Shown in pieces: positions 13,801 to 27,195 of a stretch of 64,000 bases of DNA. The stretch comes from Octopus sinensis (Eukaryota), in NCBI RefSeq assembly GCF_006345805.1, contig NC_043000.1, forward strand, positions 11,470,001 through 11,534,000. Direction: 5' to 3'. The notes under the pieces were generated by a model, which was not told where the DNA came from, ran no database searches, and saw nothing but the letters and a program-made list of their open reading frames with translations. Every line of letters begins with the position of its first letter. Within the stretch, counting starts at the first letter, position 1. The position numbers were made by a program, and so were the translations under genes.

Positions 13801-14171
13801 ACAGAGGAATGAAGGGAAATGACAGCACCGGAAGCAAGAGGAAGTGACGTCACGTGAAGAAGTGGGGCTTTTAAACAACCTCTTTCTGGGTCAAGACTAT
13901 GAGGTGAACAGATGTGTGTGGGATGCCAGAGGGATTGTACTTTCTGGTCAGATGTTCGGGTAGTGTACGCATGTAGGTAGGTCTGGCAAGTCCTACAGAC
14001 CTTGGTACAGTGTAACTTTATACCCTGATCCTGATAAGAGCATTCTTATCATTGCCGTCTCGATATAAGAGAATTCTTATCTTTGCCGTCCCATCAACAT
14101 ATTCGCGAAACTTCGACCTAAATTTCATCCTTCTACTTCTTCCGTTCAAAACACAAGACAAACATTTTTCT

Positions 14172-14257
<86 letters not shown>

Positions 14258-14421
14258 GCAATAAAAATGGTAAATAATTTTCCTGTGGTTTTTTCATGTA
14301 ACCAACAATTATTTACCGGTAAACTTCGGTATGTAAATACGACAAATTAATTGTCAGGACCTTTGTAAGGTTCAGTATATAGTAAAGAAAAAATAAGATG
14401 GCTAGCCATCTTATTTTTCTT

Positions 14422-14465
<44 letters not shown>

Positions 14466-17177
14466 ATAAAACGGTAAGATAACAAAGAAAGAAAGAGACC
14501 TCAATATTATGTAAATAGAGGAAATTTATCTATACAATATGTTACATTACTCGGTAGTCAAGATAAAACTCTGAGTTTCAGATGCCGAAGTGGAAATCCA
14601 CAATACCATCTCTTCGGTTATCTGGCTATTTGAAAACGTTATGAAAAAATACCGTTAAAAATGAAGGGAAATTACTCTGTTATAACTCTGCTTTGCCTGC
14701 GTACTTATACATCGCTCGCATTTTTCGTCATAAAAATTATATAAAAATACATAAAAATATATAAAAATATATAAAAATATATAAAATCTTCTTGGGACAT
14801 AACACAGAAAGCATGATCTATCCGTTTTCTTTAGGGGACCAAAAACGTAACAGAAATTTAGTCACATGTGGGCATGATCCGAAAAGCTCTGTCCTTGTAT
14901 TTAGACATGTGGTAGGGTCTAAGCTGCTTTTCCAGATAAGCCATCTCTCCATGTCGCATAAACCGCACCTTCCGCTGCCGTTAGTATAGGGCTTACATCT
15001 GGCCAAAATCTTCCATTGTATGTTATAATCGACACCTTTATCTCTTAAAGACCAAATATGATTGGATAATTGTGTCGCTTTTCTTTTGTTCCAGTGCCTA
15101 AAGCTCAAAGTGTGGTTATTGAACCTGGCCTTGAAATTACCCTCTGTCAGGCCCACGTATTTCTTCGTCGAAACGGTGTCTTTAGTGGTTATAGAGTTTA
15201 CGGTAGCTTCATATATGATGGTCTTGGACATGCAAGCTCCATTTAGCGGGCACAATTCTTTATTCCTGCATGAACAGCTGTTTTCTTCTTGTGTTTTTTG
15301 TATGTTATGATTGATTATGTTTTAAAATTGGTAGTTGAACTAAAACTAATTTTTAAATTGTGTCTATTAAAGAGTTTCCTATAAGCATGGTTAACTGGAA
15401 AATGTCTATCTATCAGTGCTAGGAAATATTTACCTATATTGAAGGCCACCTCGGGTGAGTAAGGGGGCGTAAACCAGATGACCTTCCTATTTCTATTATT
15501 CCTTTTCCTTATTGTTGGGCTGGTGATAGGTGTATATTTTATTTTTTCGCTAAAACCACTATCTTTTAAAGCTTTATTATAAACTGGGGCAACGCTATTG
15601 AAGATGTCCTCATTAGATGAGAGGCTAGAATCCTCTTACTAATATTTTTAACTAAATTTTTGAATACTATAGGGGGATGGCATGAACCTACATTAATATA
15701 ACTTAGTCTATCATTGGGCTTCCTATAAGGCTTATAAATATTATTATTAAGATCTAAGGAAACGTCTAAGAAATTGACAACCGTCAGGTTAGTGTCTATA
15801 GTTATACTAAGTCCGAAGTGTTTCATTAACTGGATAATATCCTTCCTAAAACGATCTTGTGCTGGTCCATTTGTATTAGCTGTTAAGGCGAGGGCATCAT
15901 CTTTGTAGATGGCGAAATGTACGTTAGGGAATGTCTTACCGAAGGTATCTAGGAGAAAGAGTCCAATTAGATCACAGATGCCTGCCCCATCATATGAACC
16001 CATGCTCACATCGAAAGCGCCCTCCGTGTCGGTGTTTTTTACCCACTTTGCATTCTCACTGAAAAGTAATGTCTTTCTAGCATGGAAGATTATATCCTTA
16101 TCATTGGTACTAATTTCTATGAAGTCACTAGCGAAGATTAGGGCTTTATCTAGCAGTTCTTTAGAGATAGAGGCATAAAAATCAACAATATCGAATTGTG
16201 TAAACCTCGCTTTTTTCTTATTCTTAATAGCTTTAAACCAGTCTACGACTTCTATACTATTGGACCATTGCACTAGCCTAGTATCGGTCTTAATTTTCGT
16301 ATTTATTTTATCTAAAATTTCTTTGCTAATAATCCCTAGTTCTGACTTGGCTGGGTTGATAAGCCTACATTTAGGGTTGGAAAGGAAGTTTTCTTTGTGG
16401 TCTTTAATAGTAATAAAGGCCTCTTTTTGGGGGAGGGTTTCTATTTTTTTATCTAATTTAAGTTTAGCGGCGATGACGCTAGCTTCTTTATTAATTTCGT
16501 TATATGTCTGTGCCCTAGCCTTAGTATAATTATTAATGATGCTGTTGTGTAAGAGTTGTGTGTATTTGCTGTTATCTACCAGGTATAAGTTCTTGGTTTT
16601 ATCCGAAAAAAGTGCTTTTTTCTTGGAGCTTTTTATATGATCAATATCTTTTTTCAATTTATGTTGGAAATTGTTAAAAGACTTACGAAACTTTATTTTG
16701 CTCATTTATTTTGCTCATTTATTTTGCTCATTTATTTTGCTCGCGGTTTATGCGACATGGAGAGATGGCTTATCTGGAAAAGCAGCTTAGACCCTACCAC
16801 ATGTCTAAATACAAGGACAGAGCTTTTCGGATCATGCCCACATGTGACTAAATTTCTGTTACGTTTTTGGTCCCCTAAAGAAAACGGATAGATCATGCTT
16901 TCTGTGTTATGTCCCAAGAAGATTTTATATATTTTTATATATTTTTATATATTTTTATGTATTTTTATATAATTTTTATGACGAAAAATGCGAGCGATGT
17001 ATAAGTACGCAGGCAAAGCAGAGTTATAACAGAGTAATTTCCCTTCATTTTTAACGGTATTTTTTCATAACGTTTTCAAATAGCCAGATAACCGAAGAGA
17101 TGGTATTGTGGATTTCCACTTCGGCATCTGAAACTCAGAGTTTTATCTTGACTACCGAGTAATGTAACATATTGTAT

Positions 17178-17228
<51 letters not shown>

Positions 17229-20200
17229 TGAGTGTATTTTTACCTTGTTAACACGGAAAAATAAATAAATAGTTACCAGGGCAGCAAAAATCTCACAAGT
17301 AAAGATGTTGTAACTCCTTGTTTATAAAGGTTGAAACTTCGTGTTTACGTTGAATATTTTGAATAATATGAATAAAAAATGGAGTTAACGCAGGTTTAAA
17401 CAAGTATTTTAATATATATATATATATATGTGGAGGCACAATGGCTCTGTAGTTAGGACAGAGGACTCGCGGTCGTAGGATCGTGGTTTCGATTCCCAGA
17501 CCGGGCGTTGTGAGTGTTCATTGAGCGAAAACACCTAAAGCTCCACGAGGCCTCAGCAGGGGGTGGTGGCGATCCCTGCTGTACTCTTTCGCCACAACTT
17601 TCGCCACAACTTGGCCTGCTCACTTAACCAGTGGGGTGGCATCATTTGAAGGCTAAAACAATGCAAAGCGCATTGTGACCAGCGATGTGTAGCAACATCT
17701 GATAGCCTGGTCAGTCATAGTGATCATGGTGATATATATATATATATATATATATATACTTTATTTTAAGCAGCAGAAAATTCAACAAAATCTGTTACTC
17801 TGAGTTTCTCGTTGCCGTTCATCAGACAGTTTTTGCTAGAATGGAACCGATATATCAATTCAATCTAGACTCTTACAAACGCTACACCTTTAAAAAGAAA
17901 TGGACTTGCTTGATTGGCCCTTTAGAAAAAACGGTCAATCTTCGAGCGATAAACAAAAAGGTCAAAAATATATGTATATATATATAAAAACTTATAAAAA
18001 TTATAAAATCCGAGGAAAAAACCTTACATTGAATAAAATACATATTGACGTTAATGAAGAAAGTATAAATTAATGCATAGAAATTAAACCTGTTATAAAT
18101 ATTACACTGCAATACATATTTATATTAAAATGTACATATATATATCAACATACACAGAAGGATGCGTGCAAACACCATACATATACAGACGTATAAATAT
18201 AAATCTAAATATATACATAAATGCATGCGTACATATATTCACGCAAACCATCTCGCACGCAAGTTAAAAACATCTATGTAGCGATTCTCATATACTGAGT
18301 AAGGGGGGACGAAAGAAAGGAAGAGAGAGAAAAAGGAACGAAGGAGGGGTGGGGGAAAAAACGAAATAAGAAAAAATTATGTATACAAGCTGTGTAACGG
18401 CATTATTGACATATATGGAGACAAGTATACAGATACACAAGTTCGAATGGATACATATACATACAGTCGTGTATATGTGTGCTTAAGCACAAACATACGT
18501 TCACTTACACATACACAGATACGCATGCTTACAAATACATATCCATGGCTATACACATACTTATATAAAAATTCTAATTTTTGACAACATTGCTTTTTTT
18601 TTAAAAAAACATTGTTTTTTTTAAAAAGGTGGGTGCACTAATAAAAATATATACGAAAGACATATAAAATAAAATATAACACCCTATTTTGATCATTTAT
18701 AAATAATCACGGTAATCCTATACAATACAATAACATGAAATAAACAAAGTCGAAGGTTTTTCCTAATGTATATGTAGAAACATAAGACTTTGCTATACGG
18801 ATTAAAATCCGCATAGTTTGAAACAAAAACAAAATCCATCGTAGCGCTCACAGTTCAAGAGTCAAAATCAAAATTTCAAAAATCAAAAATACAAAATATA
18901 TACTCTATCCATATGGTATATTTATATTCGACATTTTAAATTTAGCCGCGTGCCTACATAAGTTCATTAGCTCACTTCTTTGATTCAAAGAATTATTGTC
19001 TTTGAATAAGATGTACATTTTCTCTAATAGGCAAAGTTTGCACTTGAAATTATTTTTGTATGCTCCATGCTTGTATGGTGCCGCCCTGTCCAGAATGCTC
19101 CATGTCACGTTGAAAGGTGGGGTTTCCTTTTCTTTTAGTTCCCAGACATATTTTGCTAGGCTGGTCCTCTTCCTATTCTCTGGGTATTTAAATGAATTTT
19201 TATGAGAATAAAATCTTGTTTTAAATGAATTTTCTGAAGCCCCTGTGTATGTCTTGTATTCCGATGAGCCTTCCACTTGCACCTTGGCTCTATAAACTAC
19301 TCCTTTCACTAGACATTTCCCTTCTAACGGACAGGAGCTTTCGTTTTTGTAATTGCATTTCTTAATGGGCTCGGCACCATGTCTAATCTCAATTAGCTTC
19401 CTATTATGTTGGCTAATGTAAGAGGCGAAATTTCTGCAACAAGAATAGCTAACCTTCAGGGTTCTTCTATTAAATATCCTATAGAATTTATGACCCTGCT
19501 TAAAATGCTTAGAGACTAATCTATTCTTCCAAATTCTCAAGTCTACTTTACTATCTAACTTAACTAAAATACGGTCCAAAATATTTTTGCTAATAATTCC
19601 TATCTCAGTTTTAGCCGGATTTATCAATCTACATTTGGGGTTTCTACTAAAATTGGCTTTATGGTCTTTCAGAGTAATAAAAGCTGGTCGTGGTGAAAGA
19701 TATTCAATCCTATCGCTAATCTTAAGATCGTTAGCTATTCCTCTTGCTTCTAAGTTCACCTCTCTGTATATATTCGTGTTGTCTTTTTTGTATGTGTCTG
19801 TGACACTATTCGAAATCAGGCGCTTATAAACGTCCTTATCAAGTGCATATAAGTTCCTTGTCTTATCAGAATTAACGAAGATCTTATTCGAGTCGTTAAT
19901 CTCCTTAATTTTTTCTCTCATATTTCTCTGTAATTGGTTGGTATATTTGCGGAATTTAATTTTCCTATATATATATATATATATACACTCACCATTTTCA
20001 TTTAAAAGAAATATGTCACACACAGTATTGTGAAACTTACGGAACTGATTTTAAAATTATTAAATGCTATCAAACGTTTCCCCCAAGTCTCAAGCTTAGT
20101 GTTTATTATTTTATTTTTTATCTTCTACATGTTTCAGTCATTGAACTGTGGCCATGCTGGGGCACCACTTTGAAGGGTTTAGTTGCGGGTAGTAAACAAG

Positions 20201-23200
20201 CCAACATCAATTTTCAAGCGGTGATATTTTACAAACTTCTTGTTATTCCGCTTCGGAATATTTATTCTTCGTCGTTCTAATTTGAGCTGCTCTTTCATTG
20301 CTCCCCAAACTTCTCTTGAACTTGTTTCAGTCATATCCCTTAAATCATGCTCTACCATTTTATAAAAGATAGAACTCAATGGATAATCTAATTATACACA
20401 TTTCGTGTATGAAAATAAGTCAGGGTATCAAAACTGGATTCGGTTTGTCACTAAAGGTTAAACTTCGAGAACAAAATGTTGAGTAGCAAGAGCACTAACG
20501 ACATACGCCATTGCAATATTGACAGAAAAAATAAAAATAATAAATGCACCCTTTTTAAAGCCTAGCCAGGCTCATGGACCCGGTTTCCCGGTTTCAATGG
20601 CGTATGTGTTCCCCCAAGCTGGACGGGATGCCAGTCCATCGCAGCATGGATCTTTTCCTTTTGAACAGCAGATGTCAACACAATTTCTAGTTAACTAAAC
20701 ACTTTTAAACTTCGTATACTGGTAGAATGTGTTTATAAAACATCACTTTCTCTTGGTTTTATTGAGAAATTCTATAGTTTGTAAGATATTTCGTCTGAAA
20801 ATCCGAGCATTTCGGCAATTTTAACCAATCGAATACCTCCATTCAACTAAAATCATTTTATGCGTCTAAAACTGAGACAACATTCTGTAACTAACCCTAA
20901 ACCTCCCCCTAACCTTAACCCTAATTCTTTTTTTTATTAATTGTTAAATTAATTTAATTCCATTGCTTTAGTTTTTTTTACACGCGTAACAATTAAATTA
21001 ATTTAACAATTAAGAAAAAAAAATTAAGTTTAGGATTAGGGTTAGCGGGGAGGTTTAGGGTTAGTTACAGGATGTTGTCTCAGTTTTAGACGCAGCAAAT
21101 GATTTTAGCTCAAATTAAAATTCGAAAAATTAAACTACGTTAAACAAACAAATTACAATTTTCTCAAGAAAGCCAAGAGAAAAAATGTTTTATTTTGACA
21201 CATTCTACCAGTATACAAAGTTTTAAAGTGTTTAGTTAACTAGAAATTGTCTGCCGTTCAAAAGGAAAAGATCCCGCAGCATTACTCAATAAAACAGGAA
21301 GAATGTGTGAGAGAAAGTTGCGACGAAAGAGTACAACAGGGGTTGCCACCCCCCCTGCCGGAGCCTCGTGGAGCTTTAGGTGTTTTCACTCAATAAACAC
21401 TCACAACGCCCTGTCTGGGAATCGAAACTGTGAGTCCGCTGCCATAACCTCCGCAAATAAATGCAACCTTTTAAAGCCTAGCCAGGCCCATGGGCCTGAT
21501 TTCCCAGTTACTACGGCGTATGTGTTCCCCAGCTGGACGGGATGCCAGTCCATTGCAGCGTTACTCACTTTTGCCAGCTGAGTGGACTAGAGCAACGTGA
21601 AATGTAGTGTTTTGCTCAAGAACACAACGCGTTGCCCAGTCCAGGATTCGAAACCACAATCTTACGATCATGATGCGGACACCTTAACCACTAAGCCACG
21701 TGCCTCCATACTCCAAAAGATAGCGGATTGACAAATATGTAGACTATTTATTAAATGAAATAATTTTGAAATTTCGAAAATTCCTTACCTTTTCAATAGG
21801 CAACTTGTCCCAGTATAAATAAATAGGACTTCTTTTGAATGAGTTTTCGTTCATCTCAAATACTTTCTGCCATTTTGTACCTGTATCAGCATTAAATAGT
21901 AATCATTAATTTAGATATAAGCGTATAAACAAGATGTTAACCCTTAAACGGCAGGAAAGGGTTACATGAATGTGTGTGACAAACGGGTAAAAAATATCTT
22001 TTAGGGATCATCATCATCATCATTTAATGTCCGCTTTCCATGCTAGCATGGGTTGGATGATTTGACTGAAGTCTGGTGAACCAGACTCCAATCTGATCTG
22101 GCAGAGTTTCTACAGCTGGATGCCCTTCCAAGGTTTATGATATCAGGAGAATATCGTCTTCTTCCATTATCTCTTTTTGTTCTTCGGATAGTTCAGGCTC
22201 CGGCAGGCGAAGAGAGAAGACTTCAAGTGCAAATGCTATTTACAACTGGTTCATTTACAAGTTTCACAGGATAGGGGAAGTGTGCTGCTCTCAGCAACCA
22301 TTTTTAGCTGTGTGCGTTGTGTAGTAGCTCCGTTAGTGCGGGCACATTACCTCTAGAGGTACAACATACAGACAGGCCCCGCCAGTGAAGTGTGTTCAGC
22401 AAGCGCTGCTGCTAAGAGGCAGCAAAAGAGAGGAAGAATCTCAATCTGTTTTGCCCTTATATACAGTTTACCTTCGCGAGCCTTGTTGTGATCTTGCGCT
22501 TGGCAAATGGATGCAGGTGAGATCTCGCTCCAGTCTCGGAGATGGAAATGGCTGCCGTGAGATCTCATCCAATATGGTGCTGACTGCTTGTGCCACTACA
22601 CATTTCTAATCTGATTATCTAAAAGTGCCGTAAAACATTCACTTTCTTTTGCACCCATTGTGAGCATCAATACATTTGAGATTCCAGCTGGTTAACGGCA
22701 CACATTCTGTGTCTGATTAGTATTTACAAGGGGAGGTCATTGCACCCATCCTTAGCCTTACAGTTTTCCTGGGGCTATAAACGTCAGTAGCACTGTCCTG
22801 TATGGGACACCACACTTGGTTGGCAATTATATGCTACATTTCTGTATTACTACTGTTTACATCTCAGTGGACATGTTTACAAAGTCAGAAAACAGCACAT
22901 CTCCCATGACTTTCGTAAACATTTTTTCATGCTAAGAGTTGCTGAAGCATGGAACAAACTTCCGGCATCAGTTGTTAGTTGTCGGAGCACTGCATCCTTC
23001 AAAACTTCCATTTCCTGAGAATCGCCAACACTACACCTGATTTTCTCCCCTCCATACACACGCAAGCATGTATCTGACTCATACATTGTTCGCTTTCCAA
23101 ACATTTCTACATTACTGCATGTACTTTATACGCACTTTTGACAAGTTGTGGTGCATCTGAGCACTGTATACAATAATTTCATTATTATTATTATTATATA

Positions 23201-24141
23201 TATATTTGGAATTTGCAAAAAAAAAAAAACAAAGCAAAAGACGAAGATAAGTGTATAAACAACAAACAGGTGTATTAGTTTAACGCTCAGGAAAGTGAGA
23301 AAGTCTTTTACGTTTTGAGCCTACGCTCTTCAGCAGAAAGGAACACGAGAAAATAAACAGAGAGAATAAAATAAAAAGCTTTAGTGGCTAGTGGTCGATC
23401 ATGGCAGCTGGCTGGACAGAGGTGGTCAGATAGGAGAGCTAGGAAGAAGGGGAGATAATAAAGTAGTGGTGATCCCAAAATGAAGGTGTGCGTGCATGTG
23501 TATGTGAGAGCGTGTATTGGGGCTGGTGACCTTGACTGACATAGGGTCAATGATGCTAAAATTTACAAAAGCAGAAGACAAGAAAATTATGATTTACTTA
23601 CGCGTATCAGAGAGCAAAATATACGATGAACAGTTACAATCATAATCTTTAATTTCTTTGTCGTAAAGCAATCGGTGCATATAACATGAACCATTACAGT
23701 AGCTAAAATATTGGCACTTCAGGTGCAAAACACACCGAAGTGCACATTCTTCAGTAGAAGATGTGTTTACAAGAATCTTCATCTGATCAATTAAGCATTT
23801 TGATTTACTGATTTCCTTGAAAATGACTTCGTCACATGTTGATTCTCCAGTTAATGGAGTCATGGAAAATACGAGAGTCAAGGCTAGCGGCAATATGAGA
23901 ATCAAAGGATATTGAATTGGTGTTTCCATTCCTGAAAAATATACAAGTATACCAGTATACATACATACATACATATGCGCGCGCGCATACATATCCACAC
24001 CAATACACCCATACATCGAAACACGCACACATACATGTGGATCTATCTGTATATCTATCTATCTACCTATTTACCTATCTATCTATGTATCTACCTATCT
24101 ACCTGTCTATGTATCTATCTACCTACCTATCTATCTGTCTG

Positions 24142-24186
<45 letters not shown>

Positions 24187-24581
24187 TATCGTTTTAAAAA
24201 AAGATGGGTGAATGTAGCAAGGATGGCACGTATGAATGACGAAGCCACCTTGAGTATGATCCTATGAACAGTAAAAATTTAATACAGAGAGTTACTTATT
24301 TGTAAAAAAAAAATGTAACATGTGACTTCATTGACCGAGGTTACCGTGGTTTTTTCCGTAGGCTTTTCTTTCCGCGGGTAAACCTCACCGGTCTTCCCCT
24401 TTACACTTTATATTGACATTTCTGTGATAATGATCCCTATTGATCGAAAACCAACCCCCCTTTTTTTATCCCCAAAAGAAAAGCTCTACCTTGTAATTTG
24501 TCCCGTCTGTGTGCAGCCCTGTGTGGCTAATAAAGAAACATATCTATCTATCTATTCTATCTGTGTCTGCCTATCTGTCTG

Positions 24582-24638
<57 letters not shown>

Positions 24639-24866
24639 TTTTTTTTTCCTCTCCCCCTTTTTTTTAAACCCCCCTTTTTTTTGTCCTCTTTCCCTCCTTT
24701 TACGATCCCTTTTGATCGAAACTCCCCCTTCCTTTTTTTTTTTTTTCTTTTTTTAAACCTTCAAAAGAAAAGCTCTACCTTGTAATTTGTTCTATCTGTG
24801 TGCAGCCCTATGTGGCTAATAAAGAAACATATCTATCTATCTATCTGTCTACGTATCCATCCATCC

Positions 24867-24953
<87 letters not shown>

Positions 24954-25129
24954 CCTGTCTATATGTGTATGTGTGTGCGTGTGTGTATCTATACATGCAA
25001 ATACGGAAATATGTGATAAGTATGAAATAAATAATTCGAAGAGTAAGTTCAAATCATTGAGCACAGCTACGTGTTTTCTACACTGAGTATATCTAGGGCC
25101 AGCATTTTGACTGTACATACATACATGTT

Positions 25130-25173
<44 letters not shown>

Positions 25174-26274
25174 TAAGTATCAGCAGGGAATTTTATTCAG
25201 TTGGGTTTGTATAACTTAATTTGGAAATATTCATTATTGTACATGAAAATAAATATCAAATGGAAATTGTAGTTGTGATACCTGTGCCGGTGGCACGTAA
25301 AAAGCACCATCCGAACATGGCCGTTGCCAGCGCCGCCTTGACTGGCTTCTGTGCCGGTGGCACGTAAAAAGCACCAACCGATCGTGGCTGCTGCCAGCCT
25401 CGTCTGGCACCTGTGCCGGTGGCACGTAAAAAGCACCCACTACACTCACAGAGAGGTCAACATTAGGAAGGGCATCAAGCTGTAGAAACATTGCCAGATC
25501 AAACTGGAGCCTTACCAGACCCCAGTCAAACCATCCAACCCATGCTAGCACGGAAAACGGACGTTAAACGATGATGATGATGATGATGATGATATATATG
25601 TACCGTAAATCCTCGATTATAGTCCGCCCTTGAGAATAATACGCGGGGGCTTTTTAGGGAGCTGTACCTCTGAAAAACCTAAACCTTGTGTATAATATGC
25701 ACCCCTTCTCTAACTTAGGTCATATGGGAATGTAAATATGTTTGCTAATTGTTTTTGTTACATGTTATTCTATGTTCTGAATACTTTTATCTTAATAAAT
25801 GTTACTTACTGCAAGTTATGCATGCTTCTTTTATGACTTCATTGCTTTTAGGCTTAGCTTAAGGTATTTTCGCGCCCGACGTCACAAAATGCGTCTGAAT
25901 AAACATTGCCGGACAGCAAATAGAGACTCGGACATTGCTTAGAAAATAATTTTCATTTTTAACCTCGTATATAGTACACACTAGGGATTTTGACCTTTAA
26001 ATTTTTGGGGGAAAATGCTGATTATACTCGAGGATTTACGGTATATATTACTCAAAGGAATTCCAACTCTGTCTGTTTTTTATGTTTTAATTATATTCTT
26101 GTAATATTAATATAGAATATTGAACATAGAATATATAGCAAGAAAGAAATGAAATGAAGTATTGATTGTCTTATTGAACAAATGAAATATTGAAAATTAA
26201 ATATTAAATGTCTATTCTCATTGAACTAGTATACTTTCTCGCATTTAAGCATTCATCAGGTTCCTCTCTCTCAG

Positions 26275-26340
<66 letters not shown>

Positions 26341-26850
26341 GAGAGAGAGAAAGAAAGATGGATGGATAGATAGATAGATAAATACATACATACATAAAAC
26401 ATACATACATACATACGTACATAAATACATACATACATGCATACATACATACATACATACATACATACATACATACATACATACATGCATGCATGCATGC
26501 ATGCATGCATACATACATACATACATACATACATACATACATACATACATACATACGTACGTACGTACATAAACATACATACATAAAACATACATACATA
26601 CGTACATACGTACATACATGCATACATACATACATAAAACATACATACATAATACATACATACGTACATACATACATACATACATACATACATAAAACAT
26701 ACATCATACATACATACATACATGCATGCATACATACATACATACGTACGTACGTACATACATACATACATACATACATACATTCATACATACATACATA
26801 CATACATACATACATACATACATACATACATACATACATACATACATACA

Positions 26851-26881
<31 letters not shown>

Positions 26882-27160
26882 CATACATACATACATACAT
26901 ACATTTCAGCATGTTTACTTTGTAAAAACCAGTCGCGTTTTTTTTTTCCCTCCGTTCGCCCGCCTCGGGATCTTTCTTTCTCTTATGTTTCCGACGAAGA
27001 GCTCCGCTCGAAACGTCATACCCTCCTTCTTCCCTTTTTCCTGAGCGCCTAATAATAATACTTTAATTGTTCCACCTCCTTGTGTTGTTGTTTTTTCTGT
27101 TTTCCCGTTTGGATTAACCTTACATACAAACATACATACATACATACATACATACATACA

Positions 27161-27195
<35 letters not shown>

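Larger units (their letters stand above)
7920..13803 (-). mobile_element. Intact Ty3/Gypsy LTR retrotransposon, CsRn1-like clade
   Basis: Two 585-bp TG...CA LTRs, GAGG 4-bp TSD (7916-7919 / 13804-13807), PBS, PPT, and open gag and pol. Confidence 0.97.
14463..17180 (-). mobile_element. Penelope-like element 1 (RT + C-terminal GIY-YIG), 5'-truncated with an inverted copy of its 3' end
   Basis: RT 15566-16705 (KDHKENF...[21 protein letters not shown]); linker [15 protein letters not shown]; GIY-YIG 14818-15255 (IIYEA...YVGLTE...R..NH). Frameshifts near 15300-15630. Segment 16744-17180 is the reverse complement of 14529-14967. Flanked by (TA)n. Confidence 0.9.

Noticed and set aside
14030-14090. 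Hammerhead-like CUGAUAA...GAU...AUC motif
   Set aside because: Two core substitutions and no stem I pairing.
17431-17505. SINE heads (also 38960-39040, 51925-52000, 61303-61380) as functional tRNA genes
   Set aside because: No acceptor-stem closure, and they continue into multi-copy SINE bodies.
20890-21070. Interstitial telomere
   Set aside because: Only isolated TAACCC/TTAGGG units inside a MITE.
26204-27052. Long MYVC/HTYI ORFs (also 45803-46500, 49717-50397, 7110-7739, 36657-37888)
   Set aside because: Translations of microsatellite or satellite DNA lacking stops by composition.
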